Assembly (NCBI GenBank): GCA_963701715.1
Contig: CAVPAX010000002.1
Location: 77,040 to 141,039, forward strand
DNA: 64,000 bases
Direction of reading: 5' to 3'
From: an uncultured beta proteobacterium
GTDB lineage: Bacteria > Pseudomonadota > Gammaproteobacteria > Burkholderiales > Methylophilaceae
The notes under the pieces are model-generated. The model worked only from the letters and a program-made list of their open reading frames with translations. It was not told the origin of the DNA and ran no database searches. Position 1 is the first letter of the stretch, and each line of letters starts with the position of its first letter. A program made the translations under genes and the position numbers. Positions 1-10,238 of the stretch are shown here, one piece after another.

Positions 1-837
1 ATGCGCGATGCTACAACCATGCTCAGCAAGCAGATTAATCTCTGCATCATCTAGGTAAACACAATGTGCAAGTGTAAGTGCTGGACTTAATAAACCCAAA
101 TTAGCAAATTGAGCTAATGGCCGTAAACCGCGTTTTTCCTCACTATCAATAATTTCCTGCTGAGTTTCATGCATGTGGGTGTGCACACCGATGCTTACTT
201 GCTCGGCCATGGTCATGATGCGCTCAAACGTAATATCTGAAACCGTATAGGGTGCATGCGGTGCGAAACTAAAACTAATCAGCGGTTCATCTCGCAAACG
301 GTCCCGTACTTCTAGCCCGCGCTGAATATATGTTTCTGCATCGTTGGCATATTGCGTAGGAAACTCCACAACAACCAAACCCAAGTTAGCACGCATACCC
401 ATTCTCAGACAGGCTTCTGCGGCAGATTCCGGGTAAAAATACATATCATTAAAGGTAGAAATACCACCACTTAACATTTCTGCGCAAGCTAACAGTGTGC
501 CGTCATACACAAAACTGGCTGAAACAAATTTTTGTTCCACAGGCCAGATATGGTTTTCTAGCCAAGGCATCAGAGGCAAATCATCAGCCAGGCCCCGCAT
601 CAAGCTCATGGCAGCATGTGCGTGCAAGTTAATCAACCCTGGAATCAGCACATGCTCATTTAAATGCACGGTTTCGCTTGCTTCATACATTTGGCAGGCA
701 TATGCAATTGGGCAAATATCAATGATCTTACCTGATTGAATGGCTACTGCCTGGTGTTCTAATAGTGTATTGTTTGGCACAATCGGGCAAAGCCAGCGCG
801 CTTCAATGATGAGGTCAACAGTCTGTTTCATGTTCAT
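1..837 (-). CDS. TRZ/ATZ-family amidohydrolase (MTA/SAH deaminase-like); 3' end runs off the window
   Basis: Manual minus-strand translation from ATG at 837/831: MNMKQTVDLIIEARWLCP...LIPGLINLHAHAAMSLMRG...FAPHAPYTV...HTHMHET, which carries amidohydrolase metal-binding motifs. Confidence 0.85.
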   Translation of the reverse strand, partial: MNMKQTVDLIIEARWLCPIVPNNTLLEHQAVAIQSGKIIDICPIAYACQMYEASETVHLNEHVLIPGLINLHAHAAMSLMRGLADDLPLMPWLENHIWPVEQKFVSASFVYDGTLLACAEMLSGGISTFNDMYFYPESAAEACLRMGMRANLGLVVVEFPTQYANDAETYIQRGLEVRDRLRDEPLISFSFAPHAPYTVSDITFERIMTMAEQVSIGVHTHMHETQQEIIDSEEKRGLRPLAQFANLGLLSPALTLAHCVYLDDAEINLLAEHGCSIAH

Positions 838-863
838 ATTATAACGTTTAAAATCGCAGCCAT

Positions 864-894
864 AAAAAAGCCCCGCTAATGCGGGGCTTTTTTT
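864..894. terminator. Rho-independent terminator downstream of ompA (symmetric, could act in both directions)
   Basis: AAAAAAGCCCCGC-TAAT-GCGGGGCTTTTTTT perfect hairpin with A/T tails. Confidence 0.9.
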
Positions 895-933
895 AATGCT
901 TAAATTTTACTAAAATTAAGCATTAACTTGTTA

Positions 934-2040
934 TTATTTGCACTCATTCTCTTGATGCTTTCTTTCACCATGAATTTCAACGCGACGGTTAGGTGCTAAG
1001 CATTCAACCAAAGCTTTCCCTCTAATACCTTTACACTCAACTAATGGTTCTGACTCACCTTTACCAACAGCACGAATACGATTAGCGTCAATATCATGTG
1101 AAACTAAGTGTGCTTTAATTACGTTAGCACGTTGTTCAGAAAGTTTTTGATTGTATTTCTCTGAACCAATTCGGTCTGTATGCCCTGTTACCACTACTAC
1201 TTCAAACTCAGGATGTTCTTTTAATGTAGCAACAACACTATCAAGCTCAGCCACAGCGTCGCCGTTTAGCTTAGATTTGTCGAAACCAAACAACCTTTCG
1301 GCTTGAAGCGTAACAGTTTTGAATTTTGGTTCACATGGTGCTGGAGCTGCTACAGGAGCTGGCTCTGGCTCTGGTGCTGGCGCCAGTTCTGGCTCTACCG
1401 CAGCAATCGGTGCTGGCTCAGGCGCTGGTTCTGCTACTACAGGAGCCGGAGCACCAAAGCGAATCACACCGCCCAAGTTAAATAGTGTGTTGCCAATGGT
1501 TTCATCTGCATCAACAGTTCTTGCTGCATTTTGCGCTTCAGCTTTACTCCATTGATGACGTAAATCAGCTTGCAGGCCAAATGAATCATTGAATAAATAC
1601 TGGGCACCCAAGCCCAAGCCAGCTAACCATGAGGTTTTACTTTTATCTGTCAAACCCAAACCGCTGTAATCAACATCATTACGCGCAGCTCCCAAGCCGG
1701 CCAATAAGAATGGACGGAACTTATCACGGCTAAACATGTAAAGGGCATCTAAGCCTAGAGTTGTTTGTTTATATTTACCACCAGCTCCAGCAATATTTGT
1801 ATCTTCATCGGCACGGTTGTAACCTAAACGACCTTGCAAATCCCAGCTTTGGCTCAATTCTTTACCAATACTGATAAAGCCGCCTGCACCATTATCAGCA
1901 TCTAAATCGCTATCTGTGTTCATATAACTTACACCTGGCACAGCGTACCAAGCACCACGAAACATATCTTCTGCAGATGCTGATAAAGCTGTCAAGCCAA
2001 GTGTTGCTGCAACAGCTAAACCTATTAAATTCTTATTCAT
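934..2040 (-). CDS. ompA: OmpA family outer membrane protein
   Basis: Signal peptide MNKNLIGLAVAA, beta-barrel, Pro/Ala/Glu linker, OmpA-C motifs GHTDRIGS..YNQKLSEQRA and NRRVEI; start moved to 2040 (GGAG RBS upstream). Confidence 0.92.
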   Translation of the reverse strand: MNKNLIGLAVAATLGLTALSASAEDMFRGAWYAVPGVSYMNTDSDLDADNGAGGFISIGKELSQSWDLQGRLGYNRADEDTNIAGAGGKYKQTTLGLDALYMFSRDKFRPFLLAGLGAARNDVDYSGLGLTDKSKTSWLAGLGLGAQYLFNDSFGLQADLRHQWSKAEAQNAARTVDADETIGNTLFNLGGVIRFGAPAPVVAEPAPEPAPIAAVEPELAPAPEPEPAPVAAPAPCEPKFKTVTLQAERLFGFDKSKLNGDAVAELDSVVATLKEHPEFEVVVVTGHTDRIGSEKYNQKLSEQRANVIKAHLVSHDIDANRIRAVGKGESEPLVECKGIRGKALVECLAPNRRVEIHGERKHQENECK

Positions 2041-2103
2041 TATTAAACTCCTGATTATAAACGCCCATTTAAGCTTCTCATTCATGACTATACTTAATTC
2101 AAC

Positions 2104-2832
2104 TTAGCTATGCAATGCTAACCCCAAGATTTTATGGGCATTTACCCTATATTTGTTGTGTGAGTGCAACATATTTCTAGCTTCAATGACTTTGTCTTTT
2201 GATAAAGCTGCATTACGTACCGAATTTTCGCATACACCACCCCTAAAACCAATGTATGTAGGATTTATTTCTAATAGAAATTCTATATATTGTGTTTTTA
2301 GTGAACCAGCCAGGCCTGATCTGAGTTGATTTTTTTCACACGATTCTATAAAGCTTTGCAAAGTATGTTTTGTTTGCATAGCCAACAGGTCATGTGTTTT
2401 GCTCTTTGTGTCCAACATCGCCCCATAAAAACCAGCTTTTTGTAACACTGGCAATAAAGCAACATCAATTGCCTCATCGGAAAAAAATACTGCCACGATT
2501 TTAATATTGGCCATCGTCAATTTAGCCATCTCTAGCAAAAAATTTTCGACATAAAACAGCCTGGAAACCGCAATCTTAATGATATCCAACCCCATTTCAG
2601 CACGCGCTTCAATATCACGCACCAAATCGATCAAGCTAGTATGCTGCTCACCTACAGTCGCGCTTAAAAGTCCAAAGCCACCAATCGCTTGAATTATGCG
2701 TCTGGTTTCTTTTACATCCAGAGCGCCAAGGGCACCTACACTCGGGTCTTTCAAATCGATAATATCTGCGCCTGCATCCAATGCCAGCAAGGCTTCCTCG
2801 ACATTTCTTACACTGATTAATAGCTGCGTCAC
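2104..2832 (-). CDS. mfnB: (5-formylfuran-3-yl)methyl phosphate synthase (DUF556, Orf22-like; methanofuran-type cofactor synthesis)
   Basis: LLISVRNVEEA..A..GADIIDLKDP..GALGA, AMLDT..K, GLAGSL and GFRG motifs; lies in the H4MPT gene cluster. Confidence 0.85.
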   Translation of the reverse strand: MTQLLISVRNVEEALLALDAGADIIDLKDPSVGALGALDVKETRRIIQAIGGFGLLSATVGEQHTSLIDLVRDIEARAEMGLDIIKIAVSRLFYVENFLLEMAKLTMANIKIVAVFFSDEAIDVALLPVLQKAGFYGAMLDTKSKTHDLLAMQTKHTLQSFIESCEKNQLRSGLAGSLKTQYIEFLLEINPTYIGFRGGVCENSVRNAALSKDKVIEARNMLHSHNKYRVNAHKILGLALHS

Positions 2833-3407
2833 GCCTGATTTTCCCCAAACTGATCCGCATAAAAATTGTCAATTTTCTCAGTCAGCCAATCCCATGCCTG
2901 TTTTTCGTGCTCCCCTGCCGTTTTTTCGATGGCAATTTGCAAATATTGCAATTCATCCTGGATTTTCTCGCGTGACAACAAATGCAGCCGGCTAGCAAGC
3001 ACTGCCAGTTCTATCACCGCAGCCTGCGCACGGTTAAAACCGTTAAACGGTTGGTGGTTTTGCGTTTCGATTATTTGCATCACTAACTGCGGGCGTATTG
3101 TATCATCTCGCACCTCTAACAGCTTCAGCTCCATATGCGACAAGCAACTGGAGAGCCGAAAACCCTTAATTCTAGAGGCTGGTATAAGTATCCATGGCTG
3201 CCTTCCGGTAAGAGCACCTGCAAACACACGCACATCATCGGTATTATTCATTACCGCACAGCTGGTATCTAAAATATTATTAAGTGTTGTAGATGGTTTG
3301 TATGGTGCAATCACGATACATTCATCACCCTCACGCCGTACGCCAAACGGCGCCACATGCGGATTTCCGGCAGCATCAATACTTGTGACAATCGTTTCAA
3401 AAATCAT
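2829..3407 (-). CDS. DUF447 family protein (H4MPT-linked C1 cluster)
   Basis: IFETIVTS...PHVAPFG, FNRAQAAVIELAVLASRL, IAIEKTAG; context. Confidence 0.8.
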   Translation of the reverse strand: MIFETIVTSIDAAGNPHVAPFGVRREGDECIVIAPYKPSTTLNNILDTSCAVMNNTDDVRVFAGALTGRQPWILIPASRIKGFRLSSCLSHMELKLLEVRDDTIRPQLVMQIIETQNHQPFNGFNRAQAAVIELAVLASRLHLLSREKIQDELQYLQIAIEKTAGEHEKQAWDWLTEKIDNFYADQFGENQA

Positions 3408-3426
3408 TTAAAACTCAACATTTAAG

Positions 3427-4836
3427 TTATTTTTCGTATTTCTTTTCTTTTAACGAAGCCTCGCGGTGTGCTTTATTTGTAGCTTTCTGCTGAGCGTTGC
3501 TATTCACGCCCCAACTCAATTCTTCATCCTGCACATAGCGCTTTTTGAGTTGCCAGGCAATTTGCGCACGTGCCAGTTCTACGCCCAAATAGAATGCATG
3601 TGAAGCGTCATTTTCCACTCCAAGATTTGTGTAGAATGCAAAAGGATCTATGTCGAGCAAATGCCCGTCGCGGTTATATACATGCACACCAGACTCACTG
3701 ACCATAATCCTGAAACTGGGATCTTTGATTTGCGCTGCGAATTCACTGATTTCATCGTCATTGTATGGAAACGGCCTTCTGTCATGCAACCCTAGCAAAC
3801 CGTTGCTGTAACTGCGTGGCAAGCGGTTATCCTGACTTGCACGATGCATCACACGCCTTGCATCATCCGCCTCTGCAATAGCGTTGACTGCATGCGGGCT
3901 TACCGAAGTCGCCAGCACTGAATTTATTTTTAATTCACTGATCAGGCCAAACAGAAGGGCATTAATGCCAGTGGTATCAGCATCTGTCAGCTCAGTTAAA
4001 TTGCCGACTCCCATCATAACCTGGATCTCCGGATATTTTTTGCGCAACTTGCTGTAACGCACAATCGACTCAGTAAGCCCAAAATGTATTGGATCTAGAA
4101 TTGGGTCAGCAATAAACGATTTGCCTTTTTTGAGGCAGATTTCGATAGCACGATACAGCGACGCCATGTAGCCCGGCTTAGCTGGAATCAATATCGGAAC
4201 TGCTTGCACGGCATCGGCAATCCACAGAGTTTTTTCGGTCAAACTTAGCAGATAATCCGCACCCGCTTTGCCTGCCAGCAATAATTCTTCGGCACTCATT
4301 GAGTCGACACTCACCTTGGAACCTGTTGCTTTAAGCGCTTGGATAGTCTCAGCCAAATGTGGGAATGGTCTGTTTGGCAAACAGCCCAGATCAATCACGT
4401 TTGCACCCTGCGTCTGAAAACGTGCGGCTTTGGTCAGTATCTGCGCTACTGTCAAATCTGGAGCATCCACGATCTCGGCAAAAATCTGCACGCTGTATTG
4501 ACTTAAATCGGGTACTTTACCTTGTTGTCCAAAATATTGCGGCAAGTCTTTTAGGTCATTTGGTCCTCGCTCAACAGGGATGCCATATTTGGCTTGCAGG
4601 CAAGTTAAATCGCCTTGGCAAAGGCCAGGTAAAATCATTTTGCTGGCATCACCAACCGCGTTTAATCTGCGCGTAATTAAATCAGGTGTCATTAATGCAG
4701 CAACGGATACACCCATTTGCTCAACACGGTATTTAAATTTAGGGGATTTGGTGTTTCCCTGCACTTCCTGCAATACTTTGTTTAGGCTCTTTTCAGCCAG
4801 TTTGCCTGTCAGAAATAATAGGCTGTCGGTTTTCAC
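3427..4836 (-). CDS. Pterin-binding dihydropteroate-synthase-like protein (Orf20-like, methanopterin biosynthesis)
   Basis: LFLTGKLAE, IFAEIVDAP, IDLGCLP, DPILDPIHFG, MGVGNLTELTDAD, HAFYLGVELARA. Confidence 0.85.
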   Translation of the reverse strand: MKTDSLLFLTGKLAEKSLNKVLQEVQGNTKSPKFKYRVEQMGVSVAALMTPDLITRRLNAVGDASKMILPGLCQGDLTCLQAKYGIPVERGPNDLKDLPQYFGQQGKVPDLSQYSVQIFAEIVDAPDLTVAQILTKAARFQTQGANVIDLGCLPNRPFPHLAETIQALKATGSKVSVDSMSAEELLLAGKAGADYLLSLTEKTLWIADAVQAVPILIPAKPGYMASLYRAIEICLKKGKSFIADPILDPIHFGLTESIVRYSKLRKKYPEIQVMMGVGNLTELTDADTTGINALLFGLISELKINSVLATSVSPHAVNAIAEADDARRVMHRASQDNRLPRSYSNGLLGLHDRRPFPYNDDEISEFAAQIKDPSFRIMVSESGVHVYNRDGHLLDIDPFAFYTNLGVENDASHAFYLGVELARAQIAWQLKKRYVQDEELSWGVNSNAQQKATNKAHREASLKEKKYEK

Positions 4837-5381
4837 TTAATCTCTGTTAGGCGTTCATGAATGACGTGCGTTAATTCTGCCATATCAGCGACCACTTTTG
4901 TTGCTTCAAAACAGGCTAGTTTCGCCACGTTATCCAAATCAATCTGGCGCGGATAAACTTTTACCATATTTTCACGTGGTGCTTCAGACTCAAGCTCTGG
5001 TGCGGTATCACAAGCAAATACGATACTGGCCACTCGGGTTTTTCCTGCTTGCGCGAACAAATTTGTGACTAAGCTGTCCGAAAATCCGTACGCCATTTTC
5101 GCGATGGTGTTTGAAGTGGCAGGGGCAATGACCAAAGTATGATAATGACCTTCATAAAACAGTTCAACCGGCACGCTGCTGGCAGTTTTGTCCTGATACA
5201 CGCGGTGCCCGGTTTCTTCTAATTGCATTTGAAAGCCATACTGCCGAATAATCTCGGCCGCAGCTTTGCTTAAGAAAATATCCACATTTTGCAGCGTGTT
5301 TAGTATAGCCAGCGATTCGCGCAAATAATGCCCTGAACCGGTAATTGCCCACGCAAGGCGTTGTTTTGATGCGACTTTCAA
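4833..5381 (-). CDS. AfpA/DmrB-like flavoprotein (putative dihydromethanopterin reductase)
   Basis: AWAITGSGH, APATSNTIAKMAYGFSDSLVTNLFAQAGK (HFCD flavoprotein motifs); lies in the H4MPT cluster. Confidence 0.8.
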   Translation of the reverse strand: MKVASKQRLAWAITGSGHYLRESLAILNTLQNVDIFLSKAAAEIIRQYGFQMQLEETGHRVYQDKTASSVPVELFYEGHYHTLVIAPATSNTIAKMAYGFSDSLVTNLFAQAGKTRVASIVFACDTAPELESEAPRENMVKVYPRQIDLDNVAKLACFEATKVVADMAELTHVIHERLTEIK

Positions 5382-6701
5382 TTAAGCAAAAGGATGCTCA
5401 ATCACGATAGTCTCATCCCGTTCTGGTCCGGTTGAAACAATCGCAATCGGCACACCACATAATGCTTCTAAACGTTTAAGGTAGGTTTGCGCATTTTTTG
5501 GTAAACCATCCCAAGTTTTTACACCGAAGGTGCTTTCTTGCCAGCCCGGCATAGTTTCATAAACAGGCTTGCAACCAGCGACCTCATCAGCTCCTACTGG
5601 CAATAAATCTAACTTTTTACCACCAAGCTCGTAACCAGTGCAAATATTGAGTGACTCAATGCCATCCAGTACGTCCAGTTTGGTAATGCATAATCCCGTA
5701 AGTCCGTTAATCATAGCAGAACGACGCAATGCTGCAGCATCAAACCAACCGCAACGACGTTTACGTTTAGTTACGGTGCCGATTTCCTGCCCTTTGGTAG
5801 ACATTTGCGTACCTGGTGCGCCATCAGTTTCAATATCCAATTCACTTGGGAAAGGCCCACCGCCCACGCGTGTTGTATAGGCCTTGGTAATGCCAAGCAC
5901 ATAATGCAGCATATTCGCACCAACGCCTGTACCTGCTGAGGCCTGTCCTGCAATACAGTTGCTAGAAGTCACATAAGGATAAGTGCCGTGATCGATATCT
6001 AGCAATGTGCCCTGCGCGCCTTCAAATAGCAAGTTCTCATCTCGCGCATTGGCTGCATAAAGTTCTGCGGAAATATCTGCAATCATAGGTTTTAGTGCAA
6101 TGGCATGTTGCATGCTGGAATCATATTGCTGATTAAAATCGACTGCTTGCGCATCCAAATAATTGGTTAGCACAAAATTGTGATAGTCCATAACTTCGCG
6201 TAATTTTTCGGAAAAACGTTCTGGATAGAATAGATCATACACACGCAAAGCACGACGTGCGACTTTGTCTTCATAGGCAGGGCCAATGCCTTTACCAGTC
6301 GTGCCAATCTTTTTATCGGCACCACGCTTGGCTTCCCGCGCCAAGTCTACAGCTATATGATGACTTAAAATGAGCGGGCAGCCCGGGCTGACTTTTAAGC
6401 GATTTTCAACTTCTAAACCATCTTTTTCCAGCGCAGAGATTTCTCCCAACAAATGACCTGCATCAAGCACTACGCCATTACCTATGTAGCATTTCACACC
6501 TGCGCGCACGATGCCAGACGGCACTAAATTGAGCTTATATACACGCTGTGCATCACCTTGGCCTACCACCAGTGTATGTCCAGCATTGTGGCCACCCTGA
6601 AAACGCACCACTCCTTGTGCATGATCGGTCAGCCAATCAACGATCTTCCCTTTACCCTCGTCGCCCCACTGTGTGCCAATAACTACTACATTTTTTGCCA
6701 T
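5382..6701 (-). CDS. purA: Adenylosuccinate synthetase
   Basis: [34 protein letters not shown]. Confidence 0.98.
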   Translation of the reverse strand: MAKNVVVIGTQWGDEGKGKIVDWLTDHAQGVVRFQGGHNAGHTLVVGQGDAQRVYKLNLVPSGIVRAGVKCYIGNGVVLDAGHLLGEISALEKDGLEVENRLKVSPGCPLILSHHIAVDLAREAKRGADKKIGTTGKGIGPAYEDKVARRALRVYDLFYPERFSEKLREVMDYHNFVLTNYLDAQAVDFNQQYDSSMQHAIALKPMIADISAELYAANARDENLLFEGAQGTLLDIDHGTYPYVTSSNCIAGQASAGTGVGANMLHYVLGITKAYTTRVGGGPFPSELDIETDGAPGTQMSTKGQEIGTVTKRKRRCGWFDAAALRRSAMINGLTGLCITKLDVLDGIESLNICTGYELGGKKLDLLPVGADEVAGCKPVYETMPGWQESTFGVKTWDGLPKNAQTYLKRLEALCGVPIAIVSTGPERDETIVIEHPFA

Positions 6702-6737
6702 AATTTACAACTTTTATAGATTTAAATACTTAAAAAA

Positions 6738-7901
6738 TTAATGCTTGGTAAATGCCTCAATCAACCATTTACCGTCACGTAAAGCCAGCTTGCTATCGCA
6801 ATTAAGTTCGGCTGCATTCAATTGCATTTTAGGCAAAGCCTGAATCACAATAAGACCATCCGCACGTAAGGCTTCAATTTCATCTAGCAATGCCTTATCA
6901 TTGCCTTCCGGTGCCAAAATCGCTTTAGGTAGCGTAGCTGGCTCAAACGCAGTAACCACTCCACGTAAATCCAGGCTGAAACCGGTTGCCGCCCGCGCAC
7001 GGCCAAAAGCGACACCAACTTCGTCATAACGCCCGCCTAGAGCCAAAGGCCCTGCGTAACCTTTTGCATAAGCCGCAAACACGATGCCGCTATGGTAGTG
7101 ATAACCGCGAAGCTCACATAAATCAAACGAAATATGTACGTTCAAATCGCTCAATTTTGTTGCCACATCACGTAAATCTGTCAAAGCCAATTCAATTTCA
7201 GGCAGTTTTGGCAAAACATTTTCAGCTTTTTGTAGAATAGCCACATCGCCATTTAGCTCAGTCAAGCTAACCAATGCCTGCTGAATAGATACATCCAGTC
7301 CACTTGCCAACTCGGCCGCCGCCGCTTTGTCTTTACTTTGCAAGGCAGCATAAAGGGTTTGCTCCAAATCGGCACTGATATTGCCAGCCTTAACCAAACT
7401 CTCAAAAATTGCAACATGGCTAAAATCAATGTGCAGCTCTTCCAATCCTAGCAGCTGCAAGGCTTTTATCATCAGGCGTTGAATCTCAATATCGCTTTCG
7501 ATACCGGCGTGTCCAAACAGCTCCGCACCCACTTGTAAAGGCTCACGTGTGCGTGCAAGTCCATCTGGTTTGGTGCGTAATACTGTGCCTGCATAACAAA
7601 GGCGGGATACGCCTTGATGATTGAGCATGTGCGCATCTATACGCGCCACCTGTGGCGTCATATCTGCGCGAATACCCATTAAACGCCCAGTAAGCTGGTC
7701 AACTACTTTAAACGTAGCCAAATCAAGATCATGCCCTGTGCCGGTAATGAGTGATTCCATATATTCCAAAGTAGGTGGAATCACATACTGATAGCCGTGA
7801 ACCTTAAACAAATCCAACAATTTACGACGAAGTTGCTCTATGCGTGCGGCCTCAGCAGGCAACACATCTTCTATATATTCAGGAAGTAACCAGTTTCGCA
7901 T
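6738..7901 (-). CDS. hisZ: ATP phosphoribosyltransferase regulatory subunit
   Basis: MRNWLLPEYIEDVLP, RADMTPQVARIDAH, GGRYD; adjacent to purA. Confidence 0.95.
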   Translation of the reverse strand: MRNWLLPEYIEDVLPAEAARIEQLRRKLLDLFKVHGYQYVIPPTLEYMESLITGTGHDLDLATFKVVDQLTGRLMGIRADMTPQVARIDAHMLNHQGVSRLCYAGTVLRTKPDGLARTREPLQVGAELFGHAGIESDIEIQRLMIKALQLLGLEELHIDFSHVAIFESLVKAGNISADLEQTLYAALQSKDKAAAAELASGLDVSIQQALVSLTELNGDVAILQKAENVLPKLPEIELALTDLRDVATKLSDLNVHISFDLCELRGYHYHSGIVFAAYAKGYAGPLALGGRYDEVGVAFGRARAATGFSLDLRGVVTAFEPATLPKAILAPEGNDKALLDEIEALRADGLIVIQALPKMQLNAAELNCDSKLALRDGKWLIEAFTKH

Positions 7902-7953
7902 TCCGTCATTATACTTGGATTATAGTAAAACGGCTTACGCGAGCAGCCTAGAA

Positions 7954-8139
7954 TTAACGACTTAATAGCATTAGCAATAAACCGCCCATAATTGAGATAA
8001 GACCGATAAAACGCAATTGACCATCTTTGAGTTCTATCATGCGTTTAAACGTTTCGCGCCATGCTTTTGGTGCAATAAACGGCAAAAGCCCTTCAAACAA
8101 TAACATAAGCCCAAACGCAGTTAACAAGATAGATCTCAA
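7954..8139 (-). CDS. DUF2065 small membrane protein
   Basis: LFEGLLPFIAP.AWR...LRFIGL; conserved position between hflC and hisZ. Confidence 0.88.
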   Translation of the reverse strand: MRSILLTAFGLMLLFEGLLPFIAPKAWRETFKRMIELKDGQLRFIGLISIMGGLLLMLLSR

Positions 8140-8164
8140 TTAAGCTTTCCTGTTACTTAATAAC

Positions 8165-9043
8165 TTAATGCTTCTGACCACCAGCACCGCGCATGTATTT
8201 AAAGAAATCCGAGTTGGGGTCTAGTACCATTACATCCGATTTATTTTTGAAGCTATTTTTGTAAGCTTCCTGACTACGATAGAAAGCATAAAACTCAGGG
8301 TTTTTGCTATAGGCATCAGAGTAGGTTTCGGCAGCCTTTGCATCACCATCCCCTTTGATTTTTTGTGCATCACGGAATGCTTCAGCAATAATTACTTCAC
8401 GCTGTTTGTCTGCATCAGCACGGATTTTTTCAGATGCTGCAGCGCCTTCTGAGCGCAGCTGATTAGCAATACGTTTACGCTCAGAAATCATGCGGTCATA
8501 AACTGATTTACTGATCTCCTCTGAATAATCAACACGTTTCAGGCGCACATCGACGACTTGAATGCCAATTTGACGTGCTTCAGCATCTGCGCGCTTGCGC
8601 AAGTTATCCATAATTGCTTTGCGCTCACCTGCAATCACATCATGCACTGTACGCTTGCCAAACTCGTAGCGGAAACCCGCATTGACAACTTTGGAAAGCC
8701 TGTCTTCGGCTGCTGCCTCACCACCTTCTTTAATCGAAACGTAGTATTTTGCCGGATCGATAATGCGCCATTTAACGAACGAATCGACCATCATGTATTT
8801 GTTTTCACTCGTGTTAAATTTTGCAGGGACTTCCCAATCTAATGTAACAATGCGTTTGTCAAAATACTTTACATCATCTACCAGAGGTGTTTTGAAATAC
8901 AGCCCAGGTTCCTTTTTGACAGACACAATTTCACCCAACCTAAAGACCAAAGCATATTCACGTTGATCTACAGTAAACGCAGACATGGCCAGCAACACCA
9001 AAACTACAAACATGCCAATTAAAAATGTACCGATATTTTTCAT
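8165..9043 (-). CDS. hflC: FtsH modulator HflC
   Basis: SPFH domain; RMISERKRIA..LRSEG; FYAFYRS. Confidence 0.96.
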   Translation of the reverse strand: MKNIGTFLIGMFVVLVLLAMSAFTVDQREYALVFRLGEIVSVKKEPGLYFKTPLVDDVKYFDKRIVTLDWEVPAKFNTSENKYMMVDSFVKWRIIDPAKYYVSIKEGGEAAAEDRLSKVVNAGFRYEFGKRTVHDVIAGERKAIMDNLRKRADAEARQIGIQVVDVRLKRVDYSEEISKSVYDRMISERKRIANQLRSEGAAASEKIRADADKQREVIIAEAFRDAQKIKGDGDAKAAETYSDAYSKNPEFYAFYRSQEAYKNSFKNKSDVMVLDPNSDFFKYMRGAGGQKH

Positions 9044-9060
9044 AATTTCTCTTTCGCCGA

Positions 9061-10224
9061 TTAGCGACCATCTCTTTCGCGACTCCGCAGCATTTCGCGC
9101 GATTGTTCAGTTGTATTCACTTCCGCATTACTGCTTGAGCCTGCCGCTCCTGCCACGCCCGTACCCGGAGGTGATGCGGTCGTAGTCGCCATGAGTTTAT
9201 CCAATGGCAAATACAGCAAACTGCCGCCCTTTTGGTCAACTATCACTTTGCTGGTGCTTGATAAAATCTGTTCTTGCGCATCTAGATATAAGCGTTGTCG
9301 CGTAACTTCCGGCGCTTTATTATATTGGGTTAAAATTTGCTCGAACCGGCTGGCATTACCTTTTGCTTCGTTCTCAACTTTTAGTTTATATCCTGCAGCC
9401 TCTGCAGCCAGGCGTGATGCAGTACCGCGTGCCTTAGGAATCACGTCGTTGGCATAAGCCTGTCCTTCGTTAATCTGGCGCTGGTAATCTTGATTTGCAC
9501 GGTTTACGTCTTCAAATGCTTCCTGCACTTGCTCGGGCGGCTGCGCACTCTGTAACGAGACACTGGTGATAGTGACACCGGTCTTATAGCTATCCAAAAT
9601 TGCTTGCATACGTTCTGAAGTATCTGCCAGCCCTTTCTGCAGTAAATCATCCAGCTTACTCTTACCTACTACTTCACGAATCGCAGTTTCTGCAGCAGAC
9701 ATTACAGCATCGTCTGTCGAACGGTTATTAAATAAATAATCTTTGGCATTATTCAATTTGTATTGCACCGCGAATTGCAAATCGATAATATTTTCATCTT
9801 CGGTCAACATCAAAGCTTCTCTTGGCACCTTGGTTTTGCCTCCAGTGCCTTCGCCACTGGTTCTATAGCCGACTTCCAGGCGACGTACTTGCTCCATATT
9901 CACCACTTCAACCGATTCTATGGGAAACGGCCAGTGCCAGCGTGGGCCAGGCTCTGTAGTTTGTATATACCCTCCGAAACGTTGCTCTACACCAAGTGAA
10001 CCTTGATCGACTATATAAAAGCCTGTTGCCAGCCAAATAGTAGCAACAATCGCCAAAATAGGTGCAATTGGAAAGTCAAAACCCTTATTGTCATTGGGCT
10101 GGCTATTGTTGTTGCTTTTTTTACCAAAAAGATTATTCAATTTTTGGTTTAAGTCACGCAACACCTCATCCAAATCCGGGGGGCCTTCGTTATTACGTTG
10201 ACCGAAACCTGGGAACTTAATCAT
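9061..10224 (-). CDS. hflK: FtsH modulator HflK
   Basis: GPPDLDE N-terminus; MLTEDENI; APEVTRQRLY. Confidence 0.96.
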   Translation of the reverse strand: MIKFPGFGQRNNEGPPDLDEVLRDLNQKLNNLFGKKSNNNSQPNDNKGFDFPIAPILAIVATIWLATGFYIVDQGSLGVEQRFGGYIQTTEPGPRWHWPFPIESVEVVNMEQVRRLEVGYRTSGEGTGGKTKVPREALMLTEDENIIDLQFAVQYKLNNAKDYLFNNRSTDDAVMSAAETAIREVVGKSKLDDLLQKGLADTSERMQAILDSYKTGVTITSVSLQSAQPPEQVQEAFEDVNRANQDYQRQINEGQAYANDVIPKARGTASRLAAEAAGYKLKVENEAKGNASRFEQILTQYNKAPEVTRQRLYLDAQEQILSSTSKVIVDQKGGSLLYLPLDKLMATTTASPPGTGVAGAAGSSSNAEVNTTEQSREMLRSRERDGR

Positions 10225-10238
10225 TCATCACTCCGATT